64,000 nucleotides of DNA from Nitrospirota bacterium (GTDB lineage: Bacteria; Nitrospirota; Thermodesulfovibrionia; Thermodesulfovibrionales; Dissulfurispiraceae): positions 352,001 through 416,000 of the forward strand of contig CAWBMP010000004.1 in assembly GCA_963790025.1 (NCBI GenBank), written 5' to 3'. Position numbers and translations under genes: made by a program. Of the stretch, positions 47,706-57,900 are shown piece by piece (positions within the stretch are counted from its first letter, which is position 1; every line of letters starts with the position of its first letter). The notes under the pieces are model-generated. The model worked only from the letters and a program-made list of their open reading frames with translations. It ran no database searches and was not told where the DNA came from.

Positions 47706-48997
47706 TATAACTTCTTCCTCAAAAAAGTGGGTATATCCAAAATGTCCTCCGCTGGAAACTCGGAATTCTCCATAAATGCCCGATTTCCTCTGTCCGGATG
47801 TTCCAGATTGATCGAACCAGCAGAACCAGGCTGTTCCGGGCTAATGGGAAGGTCGTCGGATGGTTCTTTTATTGGAGGCACTGAAAGGTCCTCGCCTGAT
47901 ACTTCGGTCCCCTTTTGATAGTCATAGTCTTTTGACGGCATGCCAATGTTTTTTGACAGTATTCTCTCGGAACCTCGCAGGTAGAGCGGGTCTTTTTTCG
48001 GCGTCCACTTCTTGATCCGCGGCAGTTCGGCCTTTTCAACCCTGTCCTCAAGCCCTGTAGCAATTACAGTAACCTGGACCCCTTCCCCCATATCAGGATT
48101 TATGACTGCGCCCAGAATAATGTTGGCCTCATCATGAGCGGATTCATGGATCAGGGATGCAACCTCCTGAACAGCGTCGAGCGACATTGTCAGGCCGCCG
48201 GTAATGTTGATCAGAATGGCTTTTGCCCCTTCGATTGATGATTCTTCAAGGAGGGGATTGGATATTGCCTTCTTGGCGGCTTCGAGGGCCCCGCATTCGC
48301 CCTCTGCGCTGCCCATCCCGATTACAGCCCTGCCGGAGTTCTCCATTATCGCCTTTACATCTGCAAAATCAAGGTTGATAAGACCAGGAACAAGTATCAA
48401 ATCGGATATCCCCTGTATCGCCTGCCTGAGGACATCATTGGCGATTGAGAATGACTTCAGCAAAGGGGTGCCTTTTTCAACTACAAGATGTATGCGGTCA
48501 TTCGGAATAACAATGAGAGTATCAACACACTTCTTAAGCTCTCTTATGCCCTCCTCCCCATTGATCGAGCGCTTTCTGCCCTCGTAATAAAACGGCTTGG
48601 TAACTACACCGACGGTAAGTATCCCCAGTTCATGCGCCAGATTGGCAATGACCGGTGCTGCACCGGTTCCGGTGCCCCCGCCCATGCCGGCAGTAATAAA
48701 TATCATATCTGCGCCTTCCACTACGCTCATAAGGGAATCCTTATCATCCAGGGCTGCCTGCCTGCCGATAACAGGGTTAGACCCGGCCCCAAGGCCTTTT
48801 GTCAGAGAATCCCCGATCTGCACTTTAACAGGGGCAAGGGAAGACTCAAGGTGCTGCTTGTCGGTATTTACTGCTATGAATTCTATGCCGAAAATATCGG
48901 CGGAAACCATGCTGTTTATAGCATTTCCTCCACCTCCGCCAACACCTATGACCTTGATCTTGGCAACCAGTCTGCTCACTTCATCCAATTGAAACAT
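47705..48997 (-). CDS. ftsZ: Cell division GTPase FtsZ
   Basis: GGGGGNA, GMGGGTGTG, NLDFAD, C-terminal LDIPTFLRK. Confidence 0.98.
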   Translation of the reverse strand: MFQLDEVSRLVAKIKVIGVGGGGGNAINSMVSADIFGIEFIAVNTDKQHLESSLAPVKVQIGDSLTKGLGAGSNPVIGRQAALDDKDSLMSVVEGADMIFITAGMGGGTGTGAAPVIANLAHELGILTVGVVTKPFYYEGRKRSINGEEGIRELKKCVDTLIVIPNDRIHLVVEKGTPLLKSFSIANDVLRQAIQGISDLILVPGLINLDFADVKAIMENSGRAVIGMGSAEGECGALEAAKKAISNPLLEESSIEGAKAILINITGGLTMSLDAVQEVASLIHESAHDEANIILGAVINPDMGEGVQVTVIATGLEDRVEKAELPRIKKWTPKKDPLYLRGSERILSKNIGMPSKDYDYQKGTEVSGEDLSVPPIKEPSDDLPISPEQPGSAGSINLEHPDRGNRAFMENSEFPAEDILDIPTFLRKKL

Positions 48998-49010
48998 AAC
49001 TCCCCCTGTA

Positions 49011-50309
49011 CTATTTCCTGACTATTTTTCTGAACCACCCGGTCATTTTGACAACAATCCTGTTAAAGACATTAGATGAAAACATAGATTTTCCCACCGG
49101 CATCAGGGACCCGGCGCCGTATGTGACAAGCCCTATACCCGTAGCATATACCGGGCTATTGAATTCCTCCGTCAGCCCCTGAATACCTGCACCCCCGCCC
49201 TCGTGTCCCGGGTCCCGATAATATGCCCCTACCGGGTATCCTATCCTGACCGGCATCGACAGGATAGCCTCAGCCATCCGGTCAAAGCCCGATAGCAATG
49301 ATGAGCCACCAGTGAGTATGACTCCAGAAACAGCGATGTTGTTGCGCTGGATCGCCTGTATTTCCTGCCTGACAAGTTCAAGGAGCTCTTCGCTCCTCGG
49401 CTGAAGTATCTCGGAAACATATTTCCTGGGGATTGTCCTGACCTGGCCGTCAATAGCAACAACATCCACGTCCGTCATATCGTTCATTTCTGATGAAGGG
49501 GAAAAAGGGGCCACTGCCCCATACTTCTTTTTTATCCTCTCCGCCTCCGGAAAAGGCACTCTCAGCCCGACAGAAATATCGTTGGTGAAGTGGTTGCCGC
49601 CGATGCCGAGAACAACCGTATGCCTGAGCCATTCGTCTTTGTAAAGAGCTATATCGGTGGTGCCTCCGCCGATATCAACAAGAGCCACACCCATGTCCCT
49701 CTCATAAGAAGTAAGTGTGGCCTCTGCCGAGGCTAGCGGCTGCAGCACGATATCGACGACCTCAAGACCTGCCCTTTCGCAGCATTTCAGAAGGTTTTGC
49801 ACTGAAGTGACCGCCCCCGTGACAATGTAAACATTAACTTCCAGCCTGACGCCCGCCATCCCGACGGGATCTTTTATCCCATCCTGTCCATCGAGAATAA
49901 AATCAGTTGGAAGCACGTGAAGTATTTCCCTGTCGAGAGGAACATATACAGCACTCGCGGAATCTATGGCCCTCTCCACATCCTCGCTGGTCACTTCTTT
50001 CCCCTTAATACCGATCGCGCCATAGCTGTTGAAACTTTTTATGTGGCTGCCAGCTATGCCGACATAAACCTCCCGTACCCCTGTATCCGTCTTTTCTTCA
50101 ATATCGGCAATTGCTTTCTTTATCGAATTTGCGGTGGCTTCAATATCGATCACAACACCTTTCCTCAGTCCATTCGACGGGTGGCTGCTGACCGCGAGCA
50201 CTGCTATGCCATTTTCACTGACCTCGCCCATAATCGCGCATATCTTTGTCGTCCCGACATCGAGTCCGACTATGATATTTCCGCCGTCATTTCTTTTTCT
50301 TCTTTCCAT
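49011..50309 (-). CDS. ftsA: Cell division protein FtsA
   Basis: GLDVGTTK, DIGGGTTD, LTGG; start set to ATG 50309. Confidence 0.95.
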   Translation of the reverse strand: MERRKRNDGGNIIVGLDVGTTKICAIMGEVSENGIAVLAVSSHPSNGLRKGVVIDIEATANSIKKAIADIEEKTDTGVREVYVGIAGSHIKSFNSYGAIGIKGKEVTSEDVERAIDSASAVYVPLDREILHVLPTDFILDGQDGIKDPVGMAGVRLEVNVYIVTGAVTSVQNLLKCCERAGLEVVDIVLQPLASAEATLTSYERDMGVALVDIGGGTTDIALYKDEWLRHTVVLGIGGNHFTNDISVGLRVPFPEAERIKKKYGAVAPFSPSSEMNDMTDVDVVAIDGQVRTIPRKYVSEILQPRSEELLELVRQEIQAIQRNNIAVSGVILTGGSSLLSGFDRMAEAILSMPVRIGYPVGAYYRDPGHEGGGAGIQGLTEEFNSPVYATGIGLVTYGAGSLMPVGKSMFSSNVFNRIVVKMTGWFRKIVRK

Positions 50310-51081
50310 TATCGTCCGCCGTTGTCTCGCTGCTCTGCGTCTCCTCATGCACAGGTTTAACAATAATTTTATTGGCAAACCTGAGGTCTATATACTCCAC
50401 GTTCATGTTTCTTTTCTGTATTTCATCTCTCACAAAAGCAAGCCGCTCCAGTTTCTTTTCAAAGTCCCCCATGCCGACCTTGATAATTATTTTATCAATT
50501 TGCAGGGTAATGTCTTCCGGCCTCCGCCCTGTAATTTCAACATCCCCTTCAGAAACTATGACTCTTTTATCACGAAGCACCCTAACAAATCTGACGGCCT
50601 CTGCATAAGTTTCCCTGTTCTTGACAGGATCAATACCTTTAATCACCGGCAAAAGCAAGACCGTCCCTTCTTTCATCTGTTCGAGCACATAGCCCTCATT
50701 ATCTATCAGGAAAGGTTTGTCATTGATGCTCAGCAACGCAACCGGCACACGTTCTGTTACTTTAATAAGGACCCTGCCGGATAATTCTTTCCGGACTGCG
50801 GCATCCTTAATCCACGGAGACTGCTTAAGGCCGCTGTAAATGTCCCTGCCCGAAACACCGAAAAGTTCACCGTTTTTTCTGATCTTGCATATAGCGGTCA
50901 ACTTTTCATTTTCAAGATGGTGGTTTCCGATAAAAACTATTTCACTCACAAGCAAATAGTGCTTTACCAGGAAAAAGACGGCAAGGCACAGCACTAAAGT
51001 GAGCAGCGGAGGTAAAATTAAGAAATGTAATCGCTTCTTTTCTTTGCGCCTCTGCAATGTCCTGATATTGCGTATCGCCAT
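50287..51081 (-). CDS. ftsQ: Cell division protein FtsQ/DivIB
   Basis: TM plus POTRA, ER.P.A, YIDLRF; lies between ddl and ftsA. Confidence 0.88.
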   Translation of the reverse strand: MAIRNIRTLQRRKEKKRLHFLILPPLLTLVLCLAVFFLVKHYLLVSEIVFIGNHHLENEKLTAICKIRKNGELFGVSGRDIYSGLKQSPWIKDAAVRKELSGRVLIKVTERVPVALLSINDKPFLIDNEGYVLEQMKEGTVLLLPVIKGIDPVKNRETYAEAVRFVRVLRDKRVIVSEGDVEITGRRPEDITLQIDKIIIKVGMGDFEKKLERLAFVRDEIQKRNMNVEYIDLRFANKIIVKPVHEETQSSETTADDNGKKKKK

Positions 51082-51110
51082 TTCCCAATTCGCAGTGACT
51101 CACACTGTCA

Positions 51111-52055
51111 CTATTTTTCACCGTGCAGTGCTGATTCAAGTATCTTCTCGATAAGGTCCGGGAACTCCATATCAGCCAGCTTCGCAATTTTAGGCAAAAG
51201 ACTCGTCTCCGTCATTCCAGGGATCGTATTGACCTCGAGCAAAAAAGGATTATCGGACTCGTCCAGAATCAAATCAACCCGCGTCGCACCCCTGCACCCA
51301 AGCGCGTTATGGGCGCTAAGGGCCAATTCCTTAAGATAATCATATGCCGAAGGAACAACTTGAGGCGGTAATATGTAATTTGTAAGCCCCGGTGTATATT
51401 TTGCCTCATAGCTATAAAACTCCCTTAATGGTCTGACTTCGACACCGCCGAGCGCCATCTGACCGAGCACTCCGATCTGTATCTCTCTCCCTTTTATATA
51501 GCGCTCGGCCAGAACTCTTTCACCATATGCGAATGCCTGCTTTAATGCCCCTTCAACCTCCGCCTCTTCCCTCACTATGCTGACACCTATGCTCGATCCT
51601 TCGGTGGCCGGTTTGACAACCCAGGGCAGAGGGAAACCTGCAGTGGCGCAGATTACCGGAGTATTGCTCCTTCCACGGTCTTCCGCCTCTTTTCGTCTTA
51701 CAACAATAAACGGAGCTACGGGGATATTATGAGAAATAAACGCCATCTTTGAGGCCTCTTTATCCATTGCCAGCGCAGATGCAAGGACACCTGAACCCGT
51801 ATACGGGATACCCATGACCTCGAGCATGCCCTGAATGGCCCCGTTTTCACCGTGCCCACCGTGGAGCGCGATAAAAGCGATGTCCACACCCTTTTCTCTG
51901 ATGGTATGACAAACAGTGTCAGACACATCAATAAAAACCGCATCATATCCCAAATCCATAAGTGCCTTGCAGACGGCGCTGCCGCTTTTAAGGGAGACCT
52001 CCCTTTCCGCAGATGTGCCTCCGGCAAGTACCCCTATGCGTTTTTCAGTTATCAT
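51111..52055 (-). CDS. ddl: D-alanine-D-alanine ligase
   Basis: [34 protein letters not shown]. Confidence 0.97.
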   Translation of the reverse strand: MITEKRIGVLAGGTSAEREVSLKSGSAVCKALMDLGYDAVFIDVSDTVCHTIREKGVDIAFIALHGGHGENGAIQGMLEVMGIPYTGSGVLASALAMDKEASKMAFISHNIPVAPFIVVRRKEAEDRGRSNTPVICATAGFPLPWVVKPATEGSSIGVSIVREEAEVEGALKQAFAYGERVLAERYIKGREIQIGVLGQMALGGVEVRPLREFYSYEAKYTPGLTNYILPPQVVPSAYDYLKELALSAHNALGCRGATRVDLILDESDNPFLLEVNTIPGMTETSLLPKIAKLADMEFPDLIEKILESALHGEK

Positions 52056-52252
52056 TTATTATTAAGCCTCTTCTATGACTGCCGAATCCAAATATTGGAT
52101 ATCAAAATATGATATTTTTTATTAATGCAACATCCAACGAAATGTGCATGCATATTATAAAATTTTTCTATTCATTTGCGCTATCAGGAGGATAGTGAGC
52201 TGATTTGCCTGGCCGCTATATTACCGCTGTCGGAATATCTGACAGAAAAGCA

Positions 52253-53443
52253 TTATTTCCTATCCCTCCATAAAGGTATAGGATAAATATATCTACTGGT
52301 CGCAATACTGAGCGGCCATATCGTCTCATGTTCACCCTTAATGACCTGCAGGACAAGAGTATTCATAAAGTTCTGGTTCTGGTACCCATCTTTGTCCTCG
52401 AATTTTACCGGACCGAAAGCTGTCATCATGTTTGTTGCCTTAAGCGCATCACGGATGTCGTCGGGTTTCATGCTTCTTGCCCTCTGGAGCGCATCCTTTA
52501 TCACATAGAGCGCTGAATAAGCTGCTGCCCCGTGATATGACGGGTAGGCGCCGTATTTTGCCTTATACTTGTCAGCATATTGCTTCGAACCGGGATAATT
52601 GAGGTTGGGGCTCCACAGCGTGGCAGTAATAACATATTCGGCGGCGTCTTTCGCATTCTCAATGAATTCAGGGATGGCAAATCCCGCAGCGCCACCGGCA
52701 AAAAGCTTTGCATCGATCCTCAGCTCCTTTATCTGCCGCATAAGCAGGGCGGCATCCATGACATAAGAAACCATGTAAATAACATCAGGCCTCTCAGACT
52801 TGACCTTTGAGAGTATGGGTTTGAAATCTACAGCTCCCGTTGCGTACTTCTCCTTAAGCAGGACCCTTATGCCTATCCTTGCCGCCTGCTTCGCCATATT
52901 CTCGGCCCCGGAAGTCCCGAAGTCGGAACTCTCATATAATATTGCCATAGTTTTGGGCTTCACCACCTGTTGAAGAAACGATATAACGCCATCTGCGTAG
53001 TGGGCATTGGCAGGATTCAGCCTGTAAACATATTTATAATGTTTCTGTGTGATATCATCTGCCGAGCTGACAACCACGAGGTAAGGCACCTTTCTCTCTT
53101 CCGCAACTGCCGCTACCGCCTTTGCGCAATGCGATGCATACTCACCGACTATGACAGGCTGTTTTTTTACATCTATCATTTTCTCGACAATCGACCGGGC
53201 GATTTCCGGTTTTCCCCCTGAGTCTTCAAAAGTTAAGACAAGTTTCCTTCCCTTTACGCCGCCTTTGGCATTAATCTCCTGTGCAGCTATCTCATACGAT
53301 CTTTTCTGTATGTCGCCGAATTTGGCCTCTGATCCGGTCAGCGGCAGCGGGATGCTCAGACTAATAGGCTCTGCAGCATATACGCTGACGGAAAGCATAC
53401 TAAAAACGAAAAACCCAATCATAAAGAGCGACAGACGTTTCAT
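52253..53443 (-). CDS. Branched-chain amino acid ABC transporter substrate-binding protein
   Basis: Signal peptide, PLTG, IN..GGV.GR, DF..IL.KVK..PD. Confidence 0.88.
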   Translation of the reverse strand: MKRLSLFMIGFFVFSMLSVSVYAAEPISLSIPLPLTGSEAKFGDIQKRSYEIAAQEINAKGGVKGRKLVLTFEDSGGKPEIARSIVEKMIDVKKQPVIVGEYASHCAKAVAAVAEERKVPYLVVVSSADDITQKHYKYVYRLNPANAHYADGVISFLQQVVKPKTMAILYESSDFGTSGAENMAKQAARIGIRVLLKEKYATGAVDFKPILSKVKSERPDVIYMVSYVMDAALLMRQIKELRIDAKLFAGGAAGFAIPEFIENAKDAAEYVITATLWSPNLNYPGSKQYADKYKAKYGAYPSYHGAAAYSALYVIKDALQRARSMKPDDIRDALKATNMMTAFGPVKFEDKDGYQNQNFMNTLVLQVIKGEHETIWPLSIATSRYIYPIPLWRDRK

Positions 53444-53486
53444 GGAACCCTCCTCATTAGGTCAACATAATTCATCCCCACACCGT

Positions 53487-53858
53487 CTATGCGGTTATGT
53501 TCACCGTAGATCCGGTAATAGGGGATGCCGGCATGTTCATCATATTGAAATACGCCGTAAAAAAATATTGGGTCCGGCCGGGATTGTGTTCGGTGGCGTT
53601 AGATCGCTGGACAGCCTGAAGATTAGACGATGCGGACAACAACGCCTCCAGCGGCGGCTCCGGATTTGTCAAGCCGAGCAGCGACTGGGCCAAGGCCTGG
53701 TTGGCCTGAAGAACGCCCGTGCGTTCAACCTCCTGGAGGTTGCTCATAGCGGGAGATATGGCATCCAGGCCCTTGGGCGCCCCGGCGGTGTTCTGTGCCG
53801 GAATCCCAATCACGTTGTAGACGTTATACGGCGATATGCCTGAAATGGACACAAACAT
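53487..53858 (-). CDS. Hypothetical low-complexity protein with a C-terminal GSTVNITA motif
   Basis: RBS GAGGAG before ATG 53858 (MFVSISG). Confidence 0.55.
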   Translation of the reverse strand: MFVSISGISPYNVYNVIGIPAQNTAGAPKGLDAISPAMSNLQEVERTGVLQANQALAQSLLGLTNPEPPLEALLSASSNLQAVQRSNATEHNPGRTQYFFTAYFNMMNMPASPITGSTVNITA

Positions 53859-53948
53859 TCTCCTCTCTGCCGTTCTATGCAAATTATCGCATAATTAAGG
53901 GAAAAAATAAACTTGCCGACCCTCCTTTTGTGGAAACATTTGCAAGTG

Positions 53949-54563
53949 TTATATGCTGGCCAGATAGAATGCCATCTCGATAGCAGCTCCGATCAGCGCG
54001 GCCTCTTCTTTGCTCATCTCGCCTAAGCTCCCCCGTCTTTCTGTCATTCTCCGGAAACGCGTGAAGTCTGTCGGTAATGCTTCGGTGTCTATCAAATACG
54101 CGATCCCCTGGATAATCTCACCTATTCTTTCCGGAGATTTTGCCTCTCCTTCCAGTTTGGCGAAATACTGAATCTTGATTTTTGCCCTGATAACGTCGAA
54201 CTCAACATCCTTTACGCGATGAAGCGCGAGAATAACGTAATCGCCCAAGGCTTGCCAGAATAGTTCGTCGTATCCTTGCCATTTTGGCAGGGAGAAGCGC
54301 AGGAATGCCGGCCTCTTTCTTCCTATTTGCGGGATGCATTTTTCAGGCGTGACAACTAAATCCCCAAGTTTGTTTTCGCCTATCTCATCAAGCATCCCAT
54401 ATAGCTTGCGACGCTGTTGTTTCCGAAAAAGCTTCTCGATCTGCTCCAATACGTTGCCCTGACCGGGTTGAGTGCCTACTCTTCCGAGAATAGCCTCGAC
54501 AATAGGCACCACCTTGCCTACTTCCTCTTTAAATATCTCATTCCTGTTGGCCACTTTCTTCAT
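53949..54563 (-). CDS. Hypothetical protein
   Basis: 204-aa ORF with ATG start and no recognised motif. Confidence 0.6.
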   Translation of the reverse strand: MKKVANRNEIFKEEVGKVVPIVEAILGRVGTQPGQGNVLEQIEKLFRKQQRRKLYGMLDEIGENKLGDLVVTPEKCIPQIGRKRPAFLRFSLPKWQGYDELFWQALGDYVILALHRVKDVEFDVIRAKIKIQYFAKLEGEAKSPERIGEIIQGIAYLIDTEALPTDFTRFRRMTERRGSLGEMSKEEAALIGAAIEMAFYLASI

Positions 54564-54768
54564 AATCGTCCCTGGATATGACTACCGCTGAATAAAGTAT
54601 ACCTCAATAAACCATATACTGCGAGCTATTAATGGACCTTTCAGACATTACTTACCTCTTGCCGCAAAGGGACAATCTGCCGCACCCTTAACAAGGCCCC
54701 TGAAATCAGGCCGTACATCTGATATACTTATTATAGATTTTTCGTATTTTTAGCAAGGAGGAACGACT

Positions 54769-55332
54769 ATGAAAATGCCGGATCGTTGCAGAGTTCTTAC
54801 AGTGCTTTTAGTTTGCGCCTTTGTGTTTTCCTTACCGGCGACTTCGTCGCATGCGAAGACAAGAGGAGAGATTAACGCCAGCGTCAAAGCAGCCATAAAC
54901 CGCTTCAAGAAGGAAATTAAGGGCGGAACTGAATATATGAAGGGCGCCAAAGGAATGCTCGTTATGCCGAACATAACCAAGGCGGGGTTCGTGATCGGAG
55001 GGAAATACGGTCAGGGTGCATTGCTGGTTAACAGCAGGACGGACGGCTATTACAGCCTTGCAGAAGGTTCGGTGGGATGGCAGATTGGCGCCGAGCAGTA
55101 CGATATGGTAATACTTTTTATGACCGATGAAGTGCTCAATAAATTCAAACGCAGTGAGAACTGGGAAGCCGGCGTTGACGCCGAAATCACACTTATCACC
55201 AAAGGCGCGGAACTGTCTGTCGAGACACTGCGAAGCCAGCACCCGATCGCCGGCTTTATCTTCGGTCAGAAGGGCCTGATGGGTGGATTGTCTGTCAAGG
55301 GGGCCAAGTTCACCAAGATACATCCCGATTAA
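54769..55332 (+). CDS. YSC84/SYLF lipid-binding domain exported protein
   Basis: Signal peptide; AKG.LV.P...KAGF.IGG.YG.G, GSVG.QIG, GLMGG.S..G.K. Confidence 0.85.
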   Translation: MKMPDRCRVLTVLLVCAFVFSLPATSSHAKTRGEINASVKAAINRFKKEIKGGTEYMKGAKGMLVMPNITKAGFVIGGKYGQGALLVNSRTDGYYSLAEGSVGWQIGAEQYDMVILFMTDEVLNKFKRSENWEAGVDAEITLITKGAELSVETLRSQHPIAGFIFGQKGLMGGLSVKGAKFTKIHPD

Positions 55333-55350
55333 TATCTATTTTAACAGCAC

Positions 55351-56724
55351 TTATCGGGGTATCCCCTTCAGTATCGCTTCTCCCATTTTATAAACATCCC
55401 CGGCCCCGAGTGTCAGGAGCACATCGCCCGGGGCTATCTCGCGGCAAATTGTTTCGACCATTTTCTTCCGGTCGGTTTCGTAATGTATAGCGCCGCAACC
55501 GGCACTTTCGATTTTTCTTAAAAGGACTCCTGAAGTGATTCCCTCTATAGGTTGTTCCCCGGCCGGATAGATGTCCATCAGATAAAGCCTGTCCGCATCC
55601 GTGAAGCTCACGGCAAACTCGTCCATCGAGTCCCTTGTTCTCGTATACCGGTGAGGCTGAAATAAAACGAAAATCCTGTTATTTGCGTAGCACTCCCTGG
55701 CCGCTTTGAGTGTGGCCGCTATTTCCGATGGATGGTGCCCGTAATCGTCATACACTTTTACACCCTTCGCCTCTCCCTTAAACTCGAATCTGCGGTGTAT
55801 ACCGCTGAATTTGTCAAGGGCCTTTGAAATGACATCGACCGGAATTTGCAGTTCCATAGCAGTTGCGATTGCGGCAAGGCTGTTCAACACATTGTGCCTG
55901 CCTGGAATAGGGATTGTAAAGTTCCCCAGAGAGCGCCCATGCATAACAGGCTCAAAGCTCATTTTTGTTCCCTGGCTTCTGACGTTGCGCGCATATATGT
56001 CCGCAGCATCTGTAAGACCGTATGTCAGTGCCTTCCGTTCAATAAAAGGGAGAATTTCTCTCACATAGATATTATCTATACAAACAACGGCAATTCCATA
56101 GAATGGCAGCTTGTTGATAAAGGAAAGGAAAGCGAGCTTCAAAGTTTCAAGGTCCTTAAAAAAATCCATATGCTCTTTGTCTATGTTCGTAATGACCGCG
56201 ATTGTCGGGTTAAGCTTCAGAAAAGATCCGTCGCTTTCGTCGGCTTCGGCAACAATATAATCACCCTGCCCAAGCTTTGCGTTACTGCCGATAGCATTGA
56301 GTTTTCCGCCTATAACCACTGTCGGGTCAAGCCCCCCCTCACCCAGTGTTGTAGCAATAAGTGATGTCGTGGTTGTCTTTCCGTGGGCCCCTGCTACCAG
56401 GATGCCGTATTTAAGCCTGCCCAACTCGGCAAGCATTTCCGCGCGGGGAATGACGGGAATAGATCTGCGTTTAGCCTCGACCACTTCCGGATTGAGCGCG
56501 GAGACAGCCGAAGATATTACCACCACATGAGCATGGTCTATATTTTCCCCGGCATGTCCTATAAACACTTTTAACCCGAGACTTCTCAACCTGTTCGTCG
56601 TCTCGGTTTCCCTGAGGTCCGAGCCTGTTACCTCGTACCCTAGATTGTTCAGTACCTCAGCAATTCCGCTCATACCAACACCGCCTATGCCGACAAAATG
56701 AACAATCCTGTATTTTTTAAACAT
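55351..56724 (-). CDS. murC: UDP-N-acetylmuramate-L-alanine ligase
   Basis: HFVGIGGVGMSGIA, GAHGKTTTT, EADESDGSF, DDYGHHP, FQPHRYTR. Confidence 0.98.
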   Translation of the reverse strand: MFKKYRIVHFVGIGGVGMSGIAEVLNNLGYEVTGSDLRETETTNRLRSLGLKVFIGHAGENIDHAHVVVISSAVSALNPEVVEAKRRSIPVIPRAEMLAELGRLKYGILVAGAHGKTTTTSLIATTLGEGGLDPTVVIGGKLNAIGSNAKLGQGDYIVAEADESDGSFLKLNPTIAVITNIDKEHMDFFKDLETLKLAFLSFINKLPFYGIAVVCIDNIYVREILPFIERKALTYGLTDAADIYARNVRSQGTKMSFEPVMHGRSLGNFTIPIPGRHNVLNSLAAIATAMELQIPVDVISKALDKFSGIHRRFEFKGEAKGVKVYDDYGHHPSEIAATLKAARECYANNRIFVLFQPHRYTRTRDSMDEFAVSFTDADRLYLMDIYPAGEQPIEGITSGVLLRKIESAGCGAIHYETDRKKMVETICREIAPGDVLLTLGAGDVYKMGEAILKGIPR

Positions 56725-56745
56725 ATAACCCCCGTAAAAAACAGG

Positions 56746-57855
56746 CTAATGCCTGTTTTGTTTCTTCTTTATCAGGCTCAATGCTATATCGACTACTTTT
56801 TCCGCCGCGTCAATCCTGCCGAATACCACAGAAGCATTCTGCATTTCCCGGCGCGTATGTTCGTCCGCGTAAAGTTCCCTTATATTGTCAGCCAGCACCT
56901 CTCCGGTTAATGTCTTGTCCAGTATCATCTTCGCAGCGCCCATGTCCTCAAGTTTTCTTGCATTATATTCCTGATGGTTGGATGCGGCATAAGGATAAGG
57001 AATTAAGACAGCCGGTTTGCCTATGGCCGTGATTTCGGCCAAGGTTGTCGCCCCGGCCCTGCAGATCACCAAGTCGGCGACGGTATACGCCTCTGCCATC
57101 TGATATATAAAAGGCACCACAATGCCCTTGAATCCCAGCCTTCTGTAAACCTCCGTCACCTTTTCACAATCTTTCTCACCGGTTTGATGAAGGAACTGAA
57201 TATTTTGCCTTAAATCCAGCAAGTAATTCAACGCATCGATCATGGCGCTGTTTATGCTGCCGGCACCGAGACTCCCGCCGGAAATAAAAACAGTAAACAG
57301 GTCTTTTTCAAGAGCAAACAATGCATTCGATTTTTGCTCATCTTTAGCCAGTATCTGCCTCCTTATGGGATTCCCGGTCAGGAATGTATTTTCGCCGGGA
57401 AAAGAATTGATGCTTTCCTGATAGGTGACGGCTATGGCGTCAACGAACCTGCCCAGAAATTTATTGGCAAAACCGGGTACCGAGTTCTGTTCCAGAATCA
57501 TGGTCGGTATACCTTTAATGCAGGCTGACAGCAACATGCCTGCGGACGCATAACCGCCGACACCGACAACTAACGTGGGCCTTACAGACCTGATTATTCG
57601 TAAGGAATCGAAAATTGACAGCAAGAAAACAGCAAGCGCATTAACTTTCCCGAAGAGAGATTTACCGACCAGTCCCTCGGCCCGCACAAATTTAATTGTA
57701 TACCCCTCCCTGGGGATTACACGCGCTTCTATTCCGTGAGCAGTGCCGACAAAGAATATCTCAGTCCGGGATTCCCTCTGCCTGAACTCTTCTGCTACCG
57801 CAATACCTGGAAAGAGATGCCCTCCCGTGCCGCCGCCTGCAATTACAACTTTCAT
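56746..57855 (-). CDS. murG: MurG glycosyltransferase
   Basis: GGGTGGHLFP, EQN..PG, GNPIR, GGSLGA, RAGA.T.AE, HQ..NA. Confidence 0.98.
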   Translation of the reverse strand: MKVVIAGGGTGGHLFPGIAVAEEFRQRESRTEIFFVGTAHGIEARVIPREGYTIKFVRAEGLVGKSLFGKVNALAVFLLSIFDSLRIIRSVRPTLVVGVGGYASAGMLLSACIKGIPTMILEQNSVPGFANKFLGRFVDAIAVTYQESINSFPGENTFLTGNPIRRQILAKDEQKSNALFALEKDLFTVFISGGSLGAGSINSAMIDALNYLLDLRQNIQFLHQTGEKDCEKVTEVYRRLGFKGIVVPFIYQMAEAYTVADLVICRAGATTLAEITAIGKPAVLIPYPYAASNHQEYNARKLEDMGAAKMILDKTLTGEVLADNIRELYADEHTRREMQNASVVFGRIDAAEKVVDIALSLIKKKQNRH

Positions 57856-57900
57856 CTATAAATACCCAACAATCCATTGTCCTTAATCATGCAGGGCCCA

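Noticed and set aside
51650..51705. Possible repeat-derived loop in Ddl ([14 protein letters not shown])
   Set aside because: The periodicity is too weak and the loop length looks normal for Ddl.
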